Source: Somniosus microcephalus (taxonomy: Eukaryota). From it: DNA of 64,000 bases. Positions within the stretch are counted from its first letter, which is position 1, and each line of letters opens with the position of its first letter. The DNA lies in contig JBMRGM010000043.1 of assembly GCA_052327205.1 (NCBI GenBank), positions 31,744,001 through 31,808,000 on the forward strand, written 5' to 3'. This document shows positions 21,401 to 33,400 of the stretch, in pieces. Made by a program: the position numbers and the translations under genes. The notes under the pieces were generated by a model that was not told where the DNA came from, ran no database searches, and saw only the letters and a list, made by a program, of their open reading frames with translations.

Positions 21401-24400
21401 GTCCTGTTGAAAACTTTCAATTTTGGAAGAAAACCTACTATTTGGTGTTATGTGCAGAAACATTAGTTAGAACTAATATTCAATATCACTAATGGAACAG
21501 CGCAAGGACAATTCTGAACTAAATATTTTCGCCAATGCATTTACACCTGATCAACAATTCTTGCACCAGTCTGATTTATTTATCTGATTTAATCTAAGTG
21601 AGTACTCAAAATAGGTTTCAATTTTGAATTGTAACTTGCAGAATTAATTCTCTACATCTTTAATCTTATCTGCTTTCCACTAGTTCCTGCAGCTGGTGCT
21701 TCTCTCACTTCCAATGCCAACAAAACTGAGATTTCAGCGGGGGACCGTCTCTTTCTCCAGTGCCTGGTGAAGAGAGGCACTGCACTGCTTTTCCGCTGGT
21801 ACCTGAACAACCAACAGTTAGGAAACAACAGCGAATCTTATCACTTAAGCAGGGACGGGAGTGAACTCATTATCAATTCATTCCAGACAGGCCATGGAGG
21901 TCGATATCACTGTGTAGCGACCAACAGAGGGAGCTTTGAAGGAATAGTAATGACAACCAGCAATTATATCGATGTCACGGTACCATGTAACAGAACATTG
22001 TGCTTGATCTAATTTTATGAAATACTTTTCTTCCGTCAAAGTAAACAGTATATTGAATTTGCATGACTTATATCTCATAAAGAAAACATTGCAGCTCAGG
22101 TGGAAATTTATAAGTATAGTTTCTGATTAAGAAATTGAACTTAACTAGGTGAAAACCGTGCTGAAATAAACTAGCAAATTTTCACAAGGGTGCTTTTGAA
22201 GTTGAAATTGATAAGGATACAAAGCAGAGCCATGGTCATAAAGTGACAGAGAGGGGAAGTTTGGGAGGGGTGAGCAAAAACCTGGCTGCAAATATGGTTC
22301 CTGTGAGGATGTTTGAAGCAGGCTGTAGTAGAGGTGGTTTAGGAGAGTAGAGCCAAAGCACTTTCACTAATGGTGTGACACAGGAAGCGCGTGAGCCCAA
22401 TAGGCCACAAATTAACTGACTGAGGGCTGTAAGGATGGAGATATAATTGGAGGATATATGTAAGAAATATAGTGAACACGACGACCAGGTGTTTAAAATT
22501 GTTACATTCGAGGACAGGAAGCTAGATTGGAAAAGTGGCGAGTAGGAATTGGTGTGGGACAGGGATGTCTTGTTTAGTTGTAGTTTGTGGATGGCGGCGT
22601 TGGGAGCTCAGCAAGGAAGGCATGGTAATAATCGACCCTAGAGCTGACAAATCCATGGACCAATGTTCCAGGTTCGTGGGTCTCAGGTGGGTAGAAAGGG
22701 AATCCATTCAGTGCAGATTTTAAAAACAATTTTAATTCGGTGTATGGTGCGGTGTTGGATTTGTAATGCTTGGAATGGTTTTATGCTATTCATGTAATAA
22801 GTTTGTTTGATTCCAGCACAAAGTCACACAACCGCGATCACAGCAACAGTTCTTCCACTTTTTCTGATCGCTGCCCTGATTGCACTGGTTTTCTTCAAAC
22901 TTCGGAAGCAGAAACAAGGTGAGCAGTGTCTTCCGGGCAGGTGATTGGCTCGACAGACACGGGATGGGATTCATTACCCAACATATTCAGTTGCATCATT
23001 CGAAATGTAACAGACTGATTTGAGAGGGAGAGGCACAGTTTGGGCAGGAGTGCAAAGAGTTATTTACATGGATGAATTCGGTTGATGAACTCACCTTGCT
23101 TAGTTGAGGATATGTTTCCGCTTCTACCATTCTCAAAAGGAATAAATCTGTGCCAGGGGGAGAATAATAACTGGCACGTGGTTAGGAAGAGAATGTGAAA
23201 TCTGCTTGATGATTTGTAATGATTGGTGATATCTTAAATTTTTCCAGAAGTTCTTTGTGCATTCGTGCTCTGTTTTATTTAATTATTGATATAAATGCAC
23301 GTGTGTAACAGTTTTTAATTATTAACAATGAAAATGCTTACTGTCTGACGATTATTTCAGGAAACCAAAACCATCTCTAGGCAGTAGAAGTGCCATATTT
23401 ATTGCACAACTTGCTGAAATATGTCTCTTTCTATTTTATCCAGACAATTCCTCAAGTGTTTCACAGCCGCAGGGGTAAGTCTGCAAAATCTTTATATTAG
23501 TCCATCGTAACTATATCCATGATTATACTGAAAGCTGAAAATCCTCTTTGGCCCGGGTGCAAATTATACGCCCCCAATTGGAACCGAATATTGGACTCGA
23601 CCTAGACGGTCGCTAGTTGCGCCTTTTATGCCTCCACGTACAAATGGAATTACACCCCATAGTCTCTGATATAGCTCCGATGGAGACGGTTGGAATGTTT
23701 AAGTGCTAAATACTCTCTTTTTTTGTTCTTGCTTTTTAGTTTATCAACAGGTCAGTCAGCCTAACATAGTTATTGGAAACCATTATTAGGGAAAAAATAA
23801 ACATTAATTTGTAAAGACATTGTTTAATCAAGGAGATGCAACATGGATTTGTTAAAGGAAATCATGTGTGACTAACTTGATTGAATATTTGATGAGTTAA
23901 CAGAGACTTTTGATCAAGATGGTGTAGTAGATGTTGCATATATTGACTTGCAGAAGGCAGTCATCCGAGGCTTGTTAAAAAAGATGTAAACCCATGGGAT
24001 TAAGGGAAAGTGGCGTTATGGATACAGAATGGGCTCGGTGACAGGAAGCAGAGAGTGGTGGTGGATGGATATTTCTCAGACGGGGAGGTGGTTTTGCAGT
24101 GGTGTTCCCCAACAGTCATTTTGGGGTCCAGTACTCTTTGAATTTTAATGACTGACCTAGACAAAGGTGTAAGGAGCAACATTGTAAATCTGCAGATGAT
24201 ACATAACTTGGCCAGGTAGTAGATTGTGATGAGGATAGTTGTAGTCTTCAGGGTGACATAGACAGGAATGGTTAAATGGGCAGAAGCATGGCAGATGGAG
24301 TTCAACCTGGAACTGTGAAGTGATGTACTTTTGGAGAACTAATCTGGAAAGACAATATACAACAAAAGCCACGATTTTGAAAAGTGTAGATGAGCAGAAA

Positions 24401-27400
24401 TCCTTTGGTGTGCATATACACAAATCCTTAAATATGACATGGCAAGTAGATAAGTTGGTTAAAGAAGCATATGGATCATTTGTTTTTTTAAAATAGCGGC
24501 TTATAATGTAAAAGCAAAGAGAACAAGCTAGAACTTTATGAATCAATGTTTAGGTCTCAGCTGGACAATTCATGGTAGCAACTCATCAAGGCTTCTTCGG
24601 CAGCAGCTCCAAAACACGCAAACTCTTCCAACTAGAAGGACAAGGGCAGCAGGCGCATGGGAACACCACCACCTCCAAGTTCCCCTCCAAGTCACACACC
24701 ATCCTGACTTAGAAGTATATCGCCGATCCTTCATCGCCGCTGGGTCAAAATCCTGGAACTCCCTCCCTAACAGCACTGTGGGAGTACCTTCACCACACGG
24801 ACTGCAGCGGTTCAAGGAGGCAGCTCACCACCACCTTCTCAAGGGGCAACTAGGGATGGGCAATAAATGCTGACCTTGCCAGCGACACCCACATCCAAAA
24901 TACGAATAAAACCACACTTCAGGAAACATAGTAAGAGGCAAAGAAAGGTTACAGCGGAGGTTTACAGGATATTGCAAGGGATGAGGGACTTTATTTACGA
25001 GCAGTGGTTGGATAATTAGGACATGGAATAGAGAAGGTTAAGAGGTGAGCCATTAGAGATTTTCAAGGGGATGAGAAGCTTTGTTAGAGTAGATAGAGAA
25101 ACAATATTCCCTCTTGGTCAATAACTAGAGGTCATAGATTTAACATCATTGTATAAAGATCTTGAGGGGAGATGTGGAGAAATATTTTTCAATGAGAGAG
25201 TTGTCGGGATGTAGAATGCTCTACCTGAAAATTTGGTGGAAGCTATTTCCATCAATAACTTTAGCAGTGAGTTGGACGGATCGTTGACGATGAGGACCAT
25301 TTAGGGCTGCGGACAACAGCCAGGGATATGGGACTAAGTACGATTGCTCCTTCAAGGCATTCTATGTTCTGTATATCTACTTCTGAATTCTATGATTCTG
25401 TAACATTTCGTTAAAAGTTAACTTTGCGTTGTTGATGCATGAATCCTAAATATCTGAGAACATTTTCGTGCACAGTGTGGCAACTGAAAATAAATCTCTA
25501 ACCCCGAGTGAAGAAACATCTGCGAACAATTTCGAGTATGCAGTTGTGGGATCAGCCCGAAATACCGGTAAGCGTGAACTGACACATGTGAAAAATATGG
25601 TAGATTGTTCATGGTAACATTGGTTCTGCCGGTAACCCATCGTATCTTCGGTGGAATATCGGTAAATATTCAGGGAAACGGCCATATATGCATGGCTTGC
25701 GGCAATATTCCACTGACGTTGTGACAGGACATGGTGGAAATCACCCATGGACATTGGAGTTCTTCATCTGCAAGCATTCAGAATACCCTCGTGTTAGATT
25801 CCCATCTTATTGTCTGGGTATTAAGCATCGCATGGGTCGAGCATACTCAGGGAAATAGTTGAGGCACTTGGCACGGTTCAATTGAACCATGTTAGTGGAA
25901 AGAAAAGCTGGTTGGTTCCGTAAAGGATGTGCCTGTTGCCCCAGCAGACTGAGCAGTCTGCGCTCTTTGCAGGTGATGCTAACTGTTCCGATGCCAAAAC
26001 AAAAATCTACCCCCTATTCCCTTTTAATTTTGAATTCATTATTTCCTCTACCTCTCATTTTTCTTTTTTCTGATGGTAGTGGTTCTCAATCGGCTGGGAT
26101 TGATAGGTGGACATCTGGGTGCTAGTCCAAAGTTTTAATCTCGGAACCTGATAATCAGACATATTGAACAATATCTTGAGTATTAAATTGATTTGGGGAA
26201 CTGTCTCCTCCCCACCATTACGAATCAACTTTCCAAGCAAAGGATGCTGGAACTGGTCCTCAGCCCGATATCTGGGTGCCTGGAATGGAGTAATCAGAGA
26301 ATATGCTTCTCACCGTCACCCTGTTTACAAGCAAGCGACTCAGCCCAGCCCTATGGCTTGGGACCAAAACACTTCATGAATTTGCTCACGGGACGGTGGA
26401 TCAGCTTGTATTGATCAGGATAATTAGTTGCTTAATTTTAATACCAGTAAACACAGCAGTAAATTTCTAATCATGAATTGTAGGTTGTGTCTGGTATCTA
26501 AATGCTTCCTTAATTAACTATGTCATTGAGCACAGTTTCCATTTATTCTCTCTGCAGCTTCTATTTCCAATCATATAATCTACAGTGTAGTCCAAGGCAC
26601 GAAACCTATGGAAGGTAAGGATTCGCCTTGTTACTTGGCTGGAGGGATTTGTATATCTCATAGGGCTTCATAACTACTGTGAGGGTAGCGACTGTCTTCA
26701 GACTGTGAGAAGTAATCTGGGAAGGGTCTGAATCCATTGATGCATTATAGGACTGGCACCACAATCGCAGTATTTGTAAATGACAAAATCACTATTGGCA
26801 CTTTGTAAGTTCCATCTCTCGGGAGTAGTATCCTTAGAACCTGCACACGAACTCCACTGTTCTGGTTTTTAGATAACTATTGTGTGGAACATCGTAATTG
26901 GCCAGACTCTTAATGTCACCATAACATGCAACGACGATAACAAATCCTTAATATAACTCGATCGATACAGTTGAAGGCAAGTAACGTGTACATTTGGCAA
27001 ACATAATCCATTCTTGGACATTTAAATCAATGCTATGCAATTAATGGTTATATAACTGAGGGGAATGATATGCTCTAATTCCATGCACTATATACATATT
27101 ATGGATACTAATACGATTTTCTCAATTCATTATCGCTGTCAATTAATTTATACCAAGCAATCAGTCAGTCTAGCTCTGTAAATAGGTATCCATGTGTCAA
27201 TCAATATCTTTCTATCTATGACTTTGCTCACGGGCCTGTGGAGCAGCTTTTATTGATCAGGTTAATTAGTTGCTTCATTTTAAAACCAGTGAACACAGCA
27301 GTAAATTTCCAATCATGAATTGTAGGATGGATCTGGTATCTAAGTGCTTCCTTGATTATCATTGATCGCAGTTTCCTCTTTCTCGCTCTACAGCTTCTAG

Positions 27401-30400
27401 TTCTGATCAGATAACCCACAGTTTAGTACAAGGCACGAAGCCCATGGAAGGTAAGGATTCGCTGTGTTACTTTGCTGGAGGGCTTGTTAACTACTGTAAG
27501 GGTAGTGACTGTCTTCAGATTGTGAGACATCATCTGGGAAGAGCCTGAATCGATTGATGCATTATAGGACTGAAACCACAATACCAGTATTTGTAAATGA
27601 AAAAAATCACTATAGGCACTTTGTAAGTTCCATCTCTCGGGAGTAGTATCCTTAGAACCTGCACACAAACTCCCCTGTTCTGATTCTTAGATAACATCAT
27701 AATTGGCCGGACAATTAATGTTGCCATAAACTGCAATGACGATAACAAATGCTTAATATAAGTCGATCAATAAAGTTGAAGGCAAATAATGTGTACTTTT
27801 GGTGGCAAACATCATCCATTCTTGGACATTTAAAACAATGCTATTCAATTAATGGTTATATATCATCCTTATTAAACTTATGGAAATGACATCATCTATT
27901 CCCATGCACTAAATTCATATTATGGATACTAATACGGTTGTCTCAATACATTATCGCTAGCAATTAATTTATATCAAGCAATCAATCAGTCTACCTCTGT
28001 AAATAGCTATCCATGTATCCATCAATATCTTTCTATCTATGTATCTATCTATCTTTATATCTATCTTCCAAATATCTATGTATCTTTCTATCTATCACTC
28101 CATGTCTTCCTCCCTATTTCTCTATATATATCTATCGTCCCTCTATCATCTATATATTAATCCATCTTAATGAAGCCTTATTTTTGTCTTGTTTTCTCTT
28201 TTTGTTTCTGTTTAGATATTACCGGAAATGCTGCCAATTTAGTGTATTCGGAGGTCACGATCAGAAAGTCACGAGGCTGTGGTAATTTCTGTCAATTGTT
28301 CGCAGCTGTTGCTAAGCAAGATGATAATTACAGTTCTACATAATGTTGGGTTATTCCTCTGCTTGATATAGTGGGAATGAGGTACATGGACTGTAAACTA
28401 AATAGTGGGGAGGGGGGAGGGTTCAGTTGAAGGGGAATTTAGAAAGTCAAACAGAAAGGAGGAGGTAACAGTGCAAGGTAGCGATAGGGGTAATGATAAC
28501 CAGAGATTGACAGGAGGAGACAAAGCATACAGACATAAACGTGCACTTGCAAACAGATTCAGAGTAGTTAAAAATGGTATAAAAATAAATAAAAGCTCTT
28601 TAACTGAATGCATGCAGCATTCATAACAGGATAGATGAGTTGCCGGCACAAATCGAAATAAATGGGCATGATCTGATAGTCATTACAGAGACGGGGTTGC
28701 AAGGTGACCAATTCTGGGAACTGAATATTCAAGGGTATTTGATATTTCGGAAGAATAGGCAGAAAGCAAAAGGAGTTGGGTAACTCTTTTAATAAAGGAT
28801 GTGATCAGTGCAGTGGTGAGAAATGATATTGGCTCAGAATATCAAAATATAGAATTTGTTTTAACGGAGATAATAAATAGTAAGGGAAATAAATCATTAG
28901 CGGGAGCAGTCTATAGCACTCCTAACTGTAGCTACACTGTGTAGGACAGTGTATAAATCAAGAACTAATAGGGGCTTGTAAGTAAGGTACTGCGATAATC
29001 ATGGGCGATTTTAATATTCATATAGCTAGAACAAATCTAATTGACAAGGTTAGCCTTGAGGACGAGTTCATAGAATGTATTCGGTATGGTTTCTTAGAAC
29101 AATACGTTGTGGAATCAACCAGGGAGATGGCTATTTTAAATCTGGTAATATGTAATGGGGCAGGATTAATTAATGATCTCATGGTAAAGGATCCTCTTGT
29201 GAAGAGCGATCATAGCATGATGAATTTCTAATTCAGATTCAGGGTGAGAAACTTGGGTCTGAAACTTAAATAAATTCAATTACAAAAGGTATGAAGAAAG
29301 AGTTGGCTAAAGTAGACTGGGAAAATAGATTAAAGTGTAAGACGGTAGATAGGCAGTGACAGATATTTAATGAGATTTTTCATAACTCTCAGCAAAGATT
29401 TATTGCAGTGTGAAAGAAAGACTCTACGAGAAGGATGAACATCCGGGGCTAACTGACGAAGTTTAGGATGGTATCAAATTGAAAGAAAATGCATAATATG
29501 TTGCAAAGATTCGTAGTAGGTGAGAATTGGGAAATTTTTGAAAATCAGCAAAGGATGACTAAAAAATTAATAGAGGTAGAAGATAGATTATGAAAGTAAA
29601 CTAGCAAAGAATATAAAAAAACAGAGACTAAGAGCTTCAACAGGTATATAAATGAAAGATAATAGCTAAAGTAAACGTTGGTCCCTTAGATGATGGGACT
29701 GGGGAATTAGTAATGGGAAACGGGGAAATTGCAGAGACATTTAACAAATATTTTGTATTGGTTTTCACGGTAGAAGACACAAAAAGCATCCCAATGATAA
29801 TTGATAATCAAGGTGCTGTATTCACAATATATATCTAAAATTTGGGTGAGGGTCCCAAATGTAATATTTCCAAGTTTGCTGACATCACAAAACTAGGTGG
29901 GATTGTGAGTTGTGAGGAGGAGGCTAATAGGCTTCAAGCTAATTTAGACAAGTTGATTGAGTGGGCAAATACATGGCAGATGCAGTATAACGTGGATAAA
30001 TCTGAAGTTATCCATTTCAGTACGAAAAACAGAAATGCAGAATATTATTTAAATGTTGATAGATTGGGAAATGTTGATGTACAGACGGACCTGGGCGTCC
30101 CTGTACACCAGTCACTGAAAGCAAACATGCAGGTGCAGCAAGCAGTTAGGAAGGGAAATTGAATGTTGGCCTTCATTGCAAGAGGAGTTGAGTACAGGAG
30201 CGAGGATGTACATTTATACAGGGCCTTGATGAGACCTTGGGAGTACGGTGTACAGTTTTGTTTTCCTTACCTAAGAAAGGATATACTTACGATAGAGGGA
30301 GTGCAGCGAGGGTTCATCAGACTGATTCCTGGGATGGCAGGACTGTCGTCTGAGGAGCGATTGGGCCGACTAAGCTTTATTCACGAGAGTTTAAAAGAAT

Positions 30401-33400
30401 GTGAGTGTATCTCATTCAAACGTATAAAATTCTGACAGGGCTAGACAGACTGGATGCAGGGAGGATGTTTCCCCCGGCTGGTGGATCTAGAAGGATTGGT
30501 TACATTCTCAGGATGGCGTACATTCAAGGTTCTTAAATGAAGTGGCTGCAAAGATAGTCGATGCATTGGTTGTAATCAACCAAATTTCCCTGGATTCTAG
30601 AGAGCTCCCAGCGGCTTGGAAATTCGCAAATTTAACGCTCCAATTGAAGAAAGGAAAGAGGCCAAAAGCAGGAAGCTATTGGCCAGTTAGCCTTACATCT
30701 GTCATTGGGAAAATGATGGAATCCATTATTAAGGAATGAATAGCAGGACATATAGAAAATCATAATGCCATCTACTTGAGTCAACATGGTTTTATGGAAG
30801 GGAAATTGTGCTTGACAAATTTATTGGAGTCCTTTGAGGATGTAACGAGGAGTGTGGATAAAGGGGAACCAGTAGATGTAGTGTATTTGAATTTGCAAAA
30901 GTCATTCGCTAAGGTGCCAGATAAAAGGTTACTGCACAAGATAAGAGCTCTCGGGCTTGGGGGTAATATATTAGCATGGATAGAGGATTGGCTAACTAAC
31001 AGAAAACAAAGAGTCGGGATAAATGGGTCATTTTCCGGTTGGCTAACTGTAACTAGTGGGATGCCACAGGTATCAGTTCTGGGGCCTCCACTATTTACAA
31101 TCTATATTTATGACCTGGCCAAATTTGCTGACGATACAAAGGTACATGAGAAACAAGTTGTGAGGAGGACACAATTAGTTTGCAAAGGGATATAAATATG
31201 TTAAGTGAGTGGGCAGAAATTCGGCACATGCAGTATAATGTGGGAAAATATGAGATTATCCACTTTGGTAAGAAAACTAATGAAACAAATTATTATTTAA
31301 ATGGGGAGAGACTACCTAATGCTGCCATACATAGGGGACTGGGTGTCCTCATACTTGAAACACAAACGGTTAGCATGCAAGTACAGCAAGTAATTAGGAA
31401 GGCAAATGGAATGTTGACCTTTATTGCCAGGGGGTGGAGCATAATAGTAGGGAAGTCTTGCTACAACTGGAGTATTGCGTGTAGTTCTGGTCCCCTTATT
31501 TCAGGCGGGATACACTTGCATTGGAGGCAGTTCAGAGATGGTTCACTAGGTTAATTCCTGAGATGAAGGGGTTGTCTAAAGAAGAAATGTTGAGCAGGGT
31601 GGGCATTTACGCATTGGAGTTTAGAAGAATGAGAGGTGATCTTATTGAAACATATAAGATTCTGAGGGTGCTTGACAGGGTAGATTCAGGGAGGATGTTC
31701 CCCCTCGTGGGGGAATCTAGCAGTAGTGGACAAAGTTACAGGATATGGGATCGCTCTTTTAAAACGATGATGAGGAGGAATTTCTTCTCTGAGGTTGTGA
31801 ATCTTTGGAATTGTCTAACCCAATGAGCTGTGGAGGCAGAGTCATTGAGTATATTCAAGGTGGAGATAGACATATATTTGAGCTACAGGGGAGTTAAGGG
31901 TTTTGAGGAGCGGATGGGAAAGTGGGGATGAGGCCAAGTCAGATCAGTCATGGTCGTATTGAATGGTGGTGCAGGTTCGAGGGGCCGAATGGCCTACTCT
32001 TGCTCCTATTTATGTTTCTCATGAAATATCACGTAGATGTTATTAGCAGGTGTAATTTTAACCTAACTCAGCCTGGTCGAAAAGGGACTGGATCTGGTGA
32101 AATCCCTGTTGTCAATCGCACCCAATTTTACTCTCCTACTACAAGGGAGAGTAAAGTCCATTGGGTGTACACCCACCCTGAAATTGTCCCGATCTCGTCA
32201 GTTTACTGCCAGGGTGGGTGATACTAAAATGACCCCGGATTAGGCTGGATTAATCTGATTCTGTTCATCAACTTCCCCAGATTGTTGCCTTTATAATGCA
32301 TCTGCTTTATTTACAGATAATGATGATGGCGCCTCAGGAAGGAAACAGGTAAGTTTTCTTTAGAGGGGAAAGATGCTGGTGAGAAATATCACGACCAATG
32401 CGGGTAGATTTCTAACTAACCTTCGCAAAGTAAACTGTCGGCCATCAGTTTTAGCAATGGCCCGATTGAAACACACACCCTTATCAATAAGATATTCCTT
32501 TGGACTGTGAAACGAGCAGCACATTCGCTGTCCACCCGTTATGGTCCCACACTGCCCAAAAGCAATTTTAACCCCGATGTCTATTATTCTCTATCATTGG
32601 GACAGATATGCTGCTTGCGACTTGGGCTTAAAGAGGGCGATGACGGTCTTTCACACAGAATAGAAAACACACATTTTTAATTTGCAATGATTTGAATTAA
32701 AAATAGAATCCGGCGGTTCCAGTCGACGCCAGTTTTAAGCCTGGGCCGAATTTGTGAAATCTAAATCATTCTGTCTGCAAAGGTCGCTGCTAAACTTGCT
32801 CCACACCACTAAAGTAGCCCCTGATTAGTAATTTAAATCCCGACCATTATTTTAAAATTCAGTTGCCAGTTGTTTACAGAATAATAAAGAACATTTTAGT
32901 TTCGTTCCACCGAAAGATCATTGCAAACATGGGTGCAGTAGATTATTGGTTACATAACTGGATCAATAATCCAGAGGTCTCGAATAATGGTCCGAAGATA
33001 TGAGTTCAAATCCCAGCACTGGCAGCTGGGGAAAGTAAATTCAGTTAATTAAATACATCTGGAATAAAAAGCTCATAACAGTAATGGTGACCATGACACT
33101 CTCTGGTTGTTGTAAAACCCAACTAATGTCCTCAAGGAAGGAAATTGGCTGTCCTTACCTGGTCTACCCTATATGTGACTCCAGACTCACTAGCAATGAG
33201 GTTGACCCTTAACTGCCCCTAAAATGGCCGAGCATGCCAATCAATTGTACCAAACTGCAAGAAAAGGCATTAACCCTATGGGAACACCTCCCCCTCCAAG
33301 TCACACACCATCCTGACTTGGAAGTATATTGCCATTCCTTCATCGCTGCAGGGTCAAACTCCTGGAACTCCCTCCCTACCAGCACTGTGGGAGCACCTTC

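Larger units (their letters stand above)
26381..28045 (+). repeat. ~840-bp tandem duplication containing a cytoplasmic exon
   Basis: Units start tttgctcacggg at ~26381 and ~27223 and are colinear. Confidence 0.92.

Noticed and set aside
23361-23390. Possible 30-nt extra cytoplasmic exon after tttcag
   Set aside because: No canonical GT donor, not evident in paralog B and not needed for frame.
28398-32020. Possible intact active CR1
   Set aside because: Numerous stops and frameshifts, and a rearranged segment order.
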